Positions 40,101 through 51,589 of a stretch of DNA of 64,000 nt are shown piece after piece. Positions within the stretch are counted from its first letter, which is position 1, and each line of letters starts with the position of its first letter. Made by a program: the position numbers and the translations under genes. Location: assembly GCA_012295275.1 (NCBI GenBank), contig CM022678.1, forward strand, positions 6,138,001 through 6,202,000, given 5' to 3'. The notes beneath the pieces are model-generated. The model had not been told where the DNA came from, searched no databases, and saw only the letters and a list, made by a program, of their open reading frames with translations. Source of the stretch: Chrysomallon squamiferum. Its lineage: Eukaryota > Animalia > Mollusca.

Positions 40101-43100
40101 TGATATGTTTTGTCTGAAGATAAATTTATTCACACTTGCTTGTTACCTAATTAAGTAAATTACTGGCAAAGTTAAAATTTTGCTTACTGTAGTGAAATGT
40201 AAAACTATTAGGGATGAATTATTTTTCATAAGTGATAATTATTAAAGAATCTTTAATTGTATATACCACTATGACTGAATGGTGCAATTAGTACTGAATT
40301 CACTTACCGTAGTGGCAGAACGGTACAACTACTACAGATGAATCTTTACAACCATGGACAATTTTTTCAATACTTTTTGTCAGATTCCATGCAGTTTTAT
40401 TGTTGCAAACACTGTGCAACATTTCCCCAATTCCTTGTAATCCAGAATCTGTGCTCATGACCCGGCCAGATTGAACTATTTTCTCTTTTAAAGAAAGGAA
40501 AAAAAAAAAAAAAAATAAAAAATAAATAAATAAAATAATAATATTGAAAAATAATTTGGGAAATGAGTTACACTGTATTGTTGAAAGGTAATTTGCAATA
40601 ACAGGTTATGTTATAGTACTGAATATAAATTGGATTAATGTGTTATACTGTAATGTTGAAAATAATTTAGAAAGTTGTTCATATTAAGTTGGTTAACTTT
40701 GTAATAGTAACTTACACTGTAATACTGAAAAATAATCTGGAATAATGAATTAAAATATAACACTGAAAAATAATTTGGAACAGTGACTTAAGCTGTAATA
40801 TTGAAAAATAGCAGCATGTAGCACAATATAGATAAATAACTTAAAACAGAGGCTTAATTTGTAATTTTGAAATTAACTTGGAATAGTGGCTTATACTGTA
40901 ACTTTGATAGAATATTTAGTTACTTTGGAAAGTTGTTTATACCATGTTGGTTAACTTGTAATAGTAACATATTCTGGAATACTGAAAATAATTTAGAATA
41001 GTGACATTAAATGTAATTTTGAAAATAACTTGGACTAATGACTTATTTTGTAATACTGAAACAAATCTGGAATAATGGGTTATAACATAACACTGAAAAA
41101 TATTTTGGAACAGTTACTTGTACTGTAATATTGAAAAATAATTTACATTAGCAGCATGTACCACAATATAGATAAATAATTTAAAATAGAGCCTTAATTT
41201 GTAATTTTGAAATTAACGTGAAAAAGTGGCTTATACTATAACTTTGATAGAATATTTAGTTACTTTGACAGTGATGTCCATTTCCCTTTGCATTTGTTTC
41301 ATAATATCTGTTTTAATTTATTTTTGATTGATTTTCATATTACTGCATAATCAATCAGGTGACTTTATAATAACACTTTGTATAATAGTTGCCACAAAAT
41401 TTTAATGTAGTTTTCTTTTCTTTCATTATTTTTTTTTTTTTACTAATTACCAGTATCAAACATTTAACAGACTACAGATATAATATATTATAAATGTATG
41501 TCATCATAGTGCACTTGCTGGCAGTAGACTATAAGATGCAATGAGGAAAACTGTTTCTACAGTCCTTGCTTACTGAATCTGCTATAGTCTAGTTTAGGTA
41601 ATTCAAACTATATCAGAAACAATTACAAGAAAAATAAAAATAAAAATAAAAGAAACTTACTGAATTCTGACCAGTTTTTCAGTTCTTTGCCAGTGCTTTG
41701 GAGAAGTGGGTGGACTGGCCCTTCAACAGAATAGAAATACAATCATAAAAATTCTTATTGTATTACATTTACTGTTAATTTCTTTCTTGCAAGTGGGATA
41801 ACACAGATTTTAACAAATTAGAGTAAGAAAATGTACGAAATCCACAAGAAGAAGAAAAAGAAGAAAGAAAGACCTAACAGGACATGTATAAATTTCTTGC
41901 ATTGCTCTATATCCTGACATGGAGAAAAGATGACATGCTGCTGCCAGTCCTGTCTTTATAAATTAATAACCTCTACATGTACCTTACCATGCCAAGTATG
42001 AATATACCATAATAAACCAGCTAAAAGGGAAACAGCCCAAGACTTAAACGATGATTCATCACACATCAGCACAGAATGTTTTTCACTGAGATACAGCTCT
42101 CTTCAGTGGCCAGAGCAAGTGATGGAATTTTCAATATTTAACATTTAGTTTGCAAACAATATAAGATGTAACAGGGCTTGAAATGGCCAGTTGCCAAATT
42201 GCCAGAATGTTAAAAATATTATGGGTTAGTCACTGAAAAATATGATTTGAACAACCTTTTTTTTTTTTTAATAAAATTATAACACAAGGGCCATTATTAA
42301 TAATTATATCGAAAATATTTATTTCACATAAAAGGTTTTGCTTGCATTTTATTAAACTTCAAAAATTTAATGATCAAGTACATATTTCCTTTCACTTAAA
42401 TGCTGAAATATGAATGTTTTTTTGCTTGGGCTATCAAAAACAAATTTGGGCCACTGAATTTGTTTCAAAATGAATATTTAGTGGCCCACGTTTGTTTTTT
42501 GGGTCACCGTACATTTCAGATGAGTTTTGAGCCCTGTATAAGTATGTACTAACCCATATCCAACATTTCCTGAGACCACATACAAACAATATAATCGGCT
42601 TTTATAACATGAATGGAGTCTTGAGTTATAGCCAGTTCCACTTTTTCTGATAATATTTCTTCGGATGATCTTGAAGGCTTATTTGTAATCACCTCAGTTG
42701 CATTATCTGAAATCATAGAAATATTATAAACTAACTTGAGGTATTGTCATTTGCTGATGATACTGCCTCAGCAAAAGAAATCATAGAAATATTATACCAT
42801 TAACATTTGGGGCAACTGTGTCTACATGTGTGTGTCAGAACAATAAAAATAGTACTTAACCATAAGATAACAGATGACCTGTAATTATGTTTGCTAATTT
42901 TTAAGAAGATACTGTTACAGATTTTCTATCAGTATTAATATAATTATGGCCATCACTTTGGCCATGTTTTGATAGGACTGTTCTTTGTATTTCTGAGTAT
43001 AAAAATAACCAGTTTGTGATATCAAAAGGATCTTTTAATATGAATGATGAATTTGAAGTCATTAATGTGTGCAAAACCTGTTACGAATTAAACATAAATC

Positions 43101-46052
43101 ATGATGTAGAGGAATACTAATTGAAAAAAAATGTATGTCAAAAACATTTAGTGTTTAATGGCTTATACATGTATCCTTCAAATTTATGAAAAACATTTTT
43201 TTTTTCCTGAAACCTACCTGGTGCTGAAAGATTATTTTTATTTGAATCTGCAGTATGCTCTTCAGCAGGACCAGCAGAAAATAGTTCATCTGAAGAAATG
43301 CTATTGAAATTCTCAGGATTTATTCTATTAATAAAACTGGCGTTCTTTCGAAATGGTACAGATGATCTGGTTCTGTAATTAGCTTGAAACATGTTGTTAT
43401 TTGCTGATGATGTCAACTTTTCAGCAGAATTTAAAACGTCCTGATGTAATGGAACTGAATCATCAACTGGGGTAAAAGAAATCATAGAATATTATATTAT
43501 ATTTAAACTAATATTTGGGGCAACTGTGCATACAGTGGATGTGTCATAACTATCTCAATAAAAATAGTAGTTATATATATAAAAAAAAAAAATTCCTGAA
43601 ACCTACCTGGTGCTGAAAGATTATTTTGATTTGAATCTGCAGTCTGCTCTTCAGCAGGACCAGGAGAAAATAGCTCATCTGAACGAATGTCATTCAAATT
43701 CTCAGGAAATGGAATAGACGATCCAGTTCTGTAATTAACTGGAGACATATTGTTATTTGTTGAACAGACCCTCTGTTCAAATGGTTTTAAATCTGTCTGC
43801 TGTAATGGAACTGAATCATCAACTGCGGTAAAAGAAATCATAGAGTATTATAGACTAATATTTGGGGAAACTGTGCATACAGTGGATGTGTCATAACTAT
43901 CTCAATAAAAGTAGTACTTAACAGTGAGATAACAGATGCATACTGTAATTATTTTTCTGAAGTTCTAATGCTAAAGATGATACTGTTACTGATTTTCTAT
44001 CGGTATTATTATAATTTTGGCCATCACTTTTGCCATGTTGTTTGTATTTGAGGTTATAACAATAACAATTCACAACAGCAAAAGTTTCTTTTAATATGAA
44101 TGATGAATTTGAAGTCATTAAAGGGTGCCAAACATCTGATAAAATTTAAACAAATCATATGATTATGATGTAGAGGAATGCTATACAAAAAATATTTATG
44201 TCAAAAGTATTTAGTGTTTAAAGGCTTATACATGTATCCTTTAAAATGAACGAATTTTTTTTTTTTTCTGAAACCTACCTGGTGCTGAAAGATTATTTTG
44301 ATTTGAATCTGCAGTCTGCTCTTCAGCAGGACCAGGAGAAAATAGCTCATCTGAACGAATGTCATTCAAATTATTAGGAAATTGATTAGACGATCCAGTT
44401 CTGTAATTAACTGGAGACATATTGTTATTTGTTGATGAGACCCTCTGTTCAAATGGTTTTAAATCTGTCTGCTGTAATGGAACTGAATCATCAACTGGGA
44501 TCAAGGTCATTTGCCTCTCATATGAAACATTTCCTGGCTTCAGAGTTGTATTCTCAGGTTTTGCCTCGTTTGTGACTGAAATGGAATCACCTCGCTGGCT
44601 TGCATTAGTGTCCCATGTTAACTGTGTCAGTGAATTTTCATTTTTGTCTGGTTGGTATGGTACAACAGATATGTTACTGAACTTTTTAAAACACTCTGAA
44701 CAGTAAGGTGCTGTTTGAACTGTACTGAAGTTACCACAGTCTCTTTTACAAAGTGAATTTAACAACATCTTATGTTTTTTACTAGCATTTACAAGTGTGT
44801 TGGTGTTGAAATTATTGGATTCAGAGGTTACGCGACTAGGGGACCAATTGTTGTCATAACTCTCTCCAGTGGTAGAACTAGTCAATTCAGAAGATCCTGT
44901 TTCAAATAAATATTTTTGAAAACAAACACTACACATGTTCAGCTGATCTGGGTCACCATAAAAATTACAGCCATGTGTTTTACATACCTTCTGCCTACCA
45001 GCTACTGTTAAATCTGAAAAATGATTTGGCAAAGATTGGTATTTTGCCAGCTTTTCTTTGTCGTAGCATTTACTGCATTTATTACCAAACTTAGGACTGC
45101 CAAAATAGGCACAGCCTTGGACAATGCACTGATTAGAAGAAGCAGACTCATGTATTTCAGTTTTGTTTATACATTCAAAAAGCGTGAAGCAACCAGCACA
45201 TCTTCCACCCAGAGATTCTATGCCCTTCTTCGTGCATTCCTTTTCTGAACATTTTCTGTAATTTATCTCAGAAACACTTCTTTTAATTATCTGGTTGGGT
45301 TCTGTCAGACCACTGACATTTGAAGATACTCCAAGAGTATTATTCCAAGCATTATTTTCTAGCTCAATTTCAGTGTGATTTTCTAGTTCACCGGTTTCAT
45401 CTCTGTTTTTACATGAACACCAACAACCATTAAAAATATATTCTGGAACAGATGATGAAAATCCTTGACATTTTTTGCAAAACTGGAATAGATTAGCACA
45501 CTGGTTACACAGATCTGCATTTTGTTTGGAGCCATAATTTCGACACATTTTGTTTTTACATTTACCGATTTTATAGTTTTCCGTTTCTGATTTATTACAC
45601 CTTTCACAAACACACTTGTAAGCATTTATCAAACAACATGGTATGTCTTTAGTAAATCCAAAGCAAATACTGCAAAATCCATATTTTTCATTACACTGTG
45701 AACAGAAAGGGTAATTTTTGTCATTAGTAACGTTCTGACACTCAGGATTCTTGCAGATGTTCCGAGATGGAGCATTGTTTGTGGTTTCATGTTGACTGTC
45801 ACAGCAACAGAGAGGACATGAATGTAAACTGCCTGGAAGAGGTCTTGCTACTTTTTTACATTTTGTGCAAAATCGAAAACGTTCTGAACATTCATTACAT
45901 AGACCACCTGTTTTATCATTTCCAAAATGAGAACAATTTCTGTTCAAACATTGCATACTCTGTTTCTTAAAGCAGCTGTTGCACAAGTTTTGATTTTTTG
46001 GGTTGCCATAATTCGGACATCCAGAAGAACTACAGCGACTAGGATTTTGCAT
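36454..46052 (-). CDS. Paralogue copy 3 (full length): 8x A20-type zinc finger + spacer repeats + Macro-like + RING-variant + metacaspase-like domain, ~1279 aa; 1-nt frameshift at 36710-36714
   Basis: Exons 44279-46052, 43607-43822, 43218-43466, 42554-42706, 41661-41720, 40308-40484, 39713-39895, 38940-38969, 38549-38674, 37903-38029, 36454-37197. All are GT-AG and phase-compatible. Total 3839 nt, one short of 1280 codons. Confidence 0.8.
44279..46052 (-). CDS. Large exon encoding eight A20-type zinc fingers (C-x3/4-C-x11-C-x2-C)
   Basis: 603-aa ORF, e.g. CSSSGCPNYGNPKNQNLCNSC, CIVQGCAYFGSPKFGNKCSKC, CKTHGCNFYGDPDQLNMCSVC. Donor G|gtaggt at 44277-44278; upstream acceptor at 46147-46148. Confidence 0.9.
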
Positions 46053-46458
46053 ATCAGAAGAAAAATTAATTCAACCATTACAGTTAAATAGTCTTTTTGA
46101 GAATTCCTTGGGATAGGTTCACCATTGGGGCTTTTCAGATTAATATCTGGAATAAAAAAAAACCTAAATGATATACATGCAATAATAAGTAATAAAAAAT
46201 GGGCAAGTCTAATAAACAAATAATCCTGTGAACTCTAAACAATTAACAATAAGCTTAAAGAACTAAAACAGCTAAAAAATGTATCTCATAATGTGTATGT
46301 GTGTATTAGTTCATATTACATATATTTGGAAACTTCTAAAGAAGCATGCACATTGTTTGATCCAAGCAAAACTAATTACAAATAACATAATGAATATGTA
46401 GTTATAACTGATACCTCAGTAGTTTGTGTAAATCAAAGCATAATCTATTAATGAACAA

Positions 46459-46489
<31 letters not shown>

Positions 46490-47374
46490 TTCTTTAAAAT
46501 AATAATAATATTCTTTAAACAATAAAATATGGTACTTAGAATTTTCTTACATTTTCTTGAACCAAATATAAATATTATCATTATCAGTAACTAACATAAT
46601 TATATTACTTTTGGAACATACTAACCACTTTTTTCTTTCTTTAATGCAATCATTTTTATCAAGATAATATATTTACTACAATTTTAAATTTTACTTTTTT
46701 CTTTTCTTTTTCCTCATAAATTTTATATTTTTTTATTTTGAAATACTGTTTGATCATTAATGTGGTAAAAAGAAGGCCTCACAAGAACAGCAGTGCATCA
46801 GAAAACTGGGCAGTATATCACTGACTTTTCCTTTTCATAAACAATTATTGTTCAGCATACTTCCAATCAGCTGGTTAAATATTAAATTTATTCCTTGCTT
46901 TTAAATGAAAGGAGACCTGTTTTGTTTTTCTAATTTGTCTTTACATCTTTGGCACAAAGAATTAAAGAACAACAGATTAACATTAAATGAAAACAAACAA
47001 AAAAAAAAAAATTAAAATAATATTTTTTCCAAGGTTTCTATTGTTTTTGGATTATAAAAAAAAGAAAAAAAAAAAAAAAAAAAAATTCAGGAACAATGTA
47101 AATATTACAGCAAAAAGAAGCTGTGTTAGGAAAAGGATTACTCATCAGTCTTCTAATGTTACAATAAACTTTAAATTTACAATTTAGCGTAGTCTTACGC
47201 GAAGCCTTGGAATTTCCTAAGAAAATATACTTTAAAGCTTAATATCCGGGATCCATAAACTGATAAAAACAAAATGCATTAGAATTAAAATACTATTGCT
47301 GTTTTGGCATAGTGGCCAAATCAGATCATAATTAAGACTCGTATGGTTGTATTACTCTTTTACTGTTTTCTTAC

Positions 47375-47520
47375 TTGCGTATCACTAAATTATTGTTTAA
47401 AAACAATCAAAGAATTAAAACGAGGAGGGAAACAACAACAACTGACGTCTGCGTTTTTTTCACTAAAGGGAGTTAATTCTATTTTACAGATTGGCAGGTA
47501 ATTAAATCGTACTACGCTCA
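47375..47520 (-). other. Possible non-coding first exon of copy 3
   Basis: Donor caa|gtaaga at 47373-47374 in a locally CpG-richer stretch upstream of the 46146 acceptor. The 5' boundary is a guess. Confidence 0.3.
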
Positions 47521-48588
47521 AGACGTACCTAACCGCAAGATGCCAACTTTTACTCAATAACCTGTTTTTATTCAGAACGTATCAAGAATAATGAACCTAT
47601 CACAAGTTTAGTTAAATGTACATGCTATGCATGCTTTTAATAAATAAAAAATAAAAACGATAAAATAAGATAAAATAAAATGGTCATAAAGAATTATGTT
47701 TTAAATTAACGATTAAATTATTTTAAGAACACGCAACATATAATTACTTCCCGTTACTCATACAATGGATATATTAATTAGTGCGCAAACAACTTGTTTA
47801 CATTCTGTGTTACTACTAACAATTAGATGATACCAAATTTAAAATAATAATAATAATAACAGTAAAACCGATAGTTATATTTTCGCGAAAACTAATTATT
47901 TTGACATTTCAAAATATTATTAGTTCAGCTACTTAATAACACAGTTGTTGTTTTTGTTTGTTCTTGTTATCAAAGACAGACGAGAAGCCGTCAAAAGGAA
48001 AGTCGTTAATGTTAAAAAATTTATGAATTTAATACAACTTATTATTATTATTTATTTATTTATTTATTTGTTTATTTTGATATATAAAGTTCTGTTGAAT
48101 ATTTAGTGAACTGTAACTTAAGTCAACTTCACACTGAATTAACAACGCTAAAAATCCGATTTTTAAAACATTTTCTGTTGGGACTAAGTTCGATTTCATT
48201 ACTGATATCAAGTACAAGTTTCGATAGATTGAAAAGACAGCTTCGTTTCAATATGTTTGCAAACATTTGAATAGTTTATCCTTTGTTATGTGGTTTCATA
48301 ACTAGGTTTTTATTAGGCTTTTCTTTTTTACATTTTTTACTTTTATTATCATTATTACTGTTATTACTGTTTTTATTATCATTATTATTTTATCACTGAT
48401 TTTATTTTCCTTATTGTTGTTATTATCATTATTATTTTGTTATTACTGTTTTTATTATTATTATTTTATCACTTTTTCATTTTCCTTATTATTGTTATTA
48501 CAGTTATTAATGTCATTATTATTGTTTTCACTGTTTTTATTATCATTATTATTGTTATTACGGTTATTAATGTTATTATTATTATTAT

Positions 48589-48626
<38 letters not shown>

Positions 48627-48785
48627 TAACTGTACAGAAACTAAACCGATTTTAGGAAATCTGTTTTACATGCATTGATGCTACTAAGGTGGGAGGAAAT
48701 AAACAATCAAAACAAAACACGAACAAGAACGACAATTCTTGTTCACATTAGAGTTACCTCCCGTTCTGACCTTGGATTGTCGAAA

Positions 48786-51234
48786 ATGGCTTTAAGAATA
48801 AGAGTATCAAACACGTTGCGGTTAATTGGGTAAGGAAAATATGTTACCTAACAGGTATGCAGACGACATTCAGTGCATAAAGTGAAACATTTGATAAAGA
48901 TATTGAATATTTTTGTAAACTGAAACCAAATATAACTGTTGACATCTGATACCGTTTTTCTAAGAGTAAGTGCACGACCCAGTCTCGGAGTCTCCTAAAT
49001 CAGAATTTCGTAAGACATAAATAATATAAAATTCATAATGAAGCATATGCATCATAATGAAATAGAATAAAATAAATAATAATGAGGGTATTTTTTTTTT
49101 TTTTTAAATTTTCTGTTTGTGAATATTTAATTTAAAATTAAATGATTACTCATTGCAGCATAAGGTGAATTTAAAATTATAAATAAGTATTACTGAATAT
49201 AATCATTCATTCTATATCAATTATATTTTTAGTATTATTATTTTTTTTAGTATATACTGGTTTTAAACATCTGCATTCATATTTTTACATTTGATATCTA
49301 TCTTATAATGAAAGCTAGTAACTAAGTAAGTCGATAGTTTGTAATAAGTTGGATTTATTATTTATTTATTTATATATTTTGTGTTTATATTTTTGCAGTG
49401 TTCGCTGCATGGGAGGTGGTGAATGGGGATCCGGTTCTGGAAAGGTCAGTCAATAATATTTAATTAAAATGGTTACAGCAGGGATAACCATAGTGGTCAA
49501 AACTTTTTAGATGGTCAAAAGCTGATAGGGAGTTGACAGGAGTAATATATAAATACTGTCTATTAATAAACATCAAACATTTTTGCACACTTGTGAAAAC
49601 ATTTTTGTTTATTTTTTCATTTCTGTGTTTCTGTAAGGTTAGTTCTGATTTTGGCCTCGTAAATAACAAAACACGAAGAACAAACTGAATACAGAGTAAT
49701 GAGTTACAGTTAAAATTTGTCAATTTGCTACTGAATATTGATATTTTTCTATAAAAAAACAACAACCAAGCATGATGCTCTACCTTTAGAGATGTCAGAC
49801 AATCCATGAAAAGGTAATACTACATTATTTTATCATTAAAGGTTTATTACAAACCGAAAGAGAAAAATAAAATTTTGGGTCAAACTTATTTCCAGGCAGT
49901 TTTCTGAAAAGTCACCTCATCTGTCATTTCATGTTTCTTTTTATTTAATTATCAAGTCCAAATTCATTAGTGAAGTTAATTTTATTTGTTTTTTCTTTCT
50001 TCTTTTTTTTTTTTTCTTTTTTATTTCAGTTTCTGTCTTTTCCAACATTTAGATGAAGATTTTTTCGTTTATTTTTTTACTGTTCTCGATTTCGTTTATT
50101 AAGACAAGAATATGGTGGTTGATTTATTTAAGTCCTTACAGGGATTAAATAGTTATTCCATTTCTAGCTTCATGATTACAATCAATAAAACAATAACTGT
50201 ACATTTTTATAACTTTCACGAATAAGAAAGAAATGTTTTATTTATTAACAACTTGGTCTGTTTTAGTTATATTTGTTTCACACAGAACACATAGTTAAGA
50301 ACTCGATGAAAACAATTTATTTTTATTTTTAATCAACATTTGTTGATCTTTTAGTTTTACGTGCACCATTCATTAAAATACACAGTGTTTTGGTAAAACA
50401 AATAATAGGACGCTGACTTGGATTTTAAATCACAGAAGAAAAAATGTGTTTTGAGTGATTATATTGTAAACCCTGTATACCTTAAACTTGCAAATAAATG
50501 GATCTTGTTAGCCGTGCCATGTTAATAACAAATACAGATTTTGAAGGAATAAAAAAAAAAAAAAAAAAAAAGTCCAGCTTAAAGTTAAAATATAGACCGG
50601 TTTGTGTTACATGTTGAGAATTCCTTAACAAGTTCGGTGCTGGGCATTTTTGGGATTATTTTCACAAATTGAAACAAGTTTCTGCTTGTACTTGTACATG
50701 ATTTTCTGAATGCCGGGGAAGCCTACAGTAGACCAATAATTGCCTACGTCGGCACTGGAAGTCACATCACTAATGCGTGGCAATTTTAAAAGTATGACGG
50801 AGGTCACCGTCATTCAGCACCAACAGTGTTAAGAGATTGTTTAAAATCTTAGAAGAGAAGCAGAATAGGGTCTAAGGATAACTTTGAATTCTGTTCATAT
50901 TTCATAATATAGAAATAATCTGCAGGACCGTTTACATGATATTTCAAAAAAAATCATGCATTAATGATAAAATAAAGTGCATTTCCAGCAGTGCAAAATA
51001 AATGCCAGAATTTCAAGTCATCTCTGTTTGTCTAGTTCAAAAAAAAAAGGTTTTGGGTTTTGGAATTTCAGATAAGGGATTCTCAACCTCAGTAATGTAA
51101 AAATTATTTATCATTATTATATATTTTTGTATATTTGTTCATATCATATTTACATTTATGGTATGGTTGTTATGTATCCCTTTGACTACACTTAAATTAC
51201 AGGCTGTGCAAGTTAAGGCATATGTCTATGTCTT

Positions 51235-51276
<42 letters not shown>

Positions 51277-51550
51277 GTACCTATAATTGTGCATGTTGTT
51301 TTCACCATTAGTGTTTTTTTTTTTTTTTTTTTTCCAGGGTGGAGGAAGTGGTGGAAGTATTAGGTAAGACTTTTATTTTTATTTTTTTTAAATTGATTAT
51401 TATTATTTTTTTTTTTTTTTTTTTTTTTGCAAATTACTGATATAATAAGCAACTTCTGCTATTCTCTGAACTTGGACAACATTGCAATTCTGTATTTTTT
51501 ATTATTTTAATTAATATATTGTATAATTTTTTTAATTGTTTTTGTAATTT

Positions 51551-51589
<39 letters not shown>

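Noticed and set aside
44241-46052. Calling the zinc-finger ORF TNFAIP3/A20 itself
   Set aside because: No OTU domain is present or has room upstream, and the exon splices onward to unrelated domains, so no gene symbol was assigned.
47208-47217. NF-kB-like site TGGAATTTCC upstream of copy 3
   Set aside because: Single imperfect match; expected by chance in 64 kb.
48965-49009. Possible extra IF1 exon with a gtaag donor
   Set aside because: The phase-compatible frame contains TAA; exons 1 and 2 join in frame without it.
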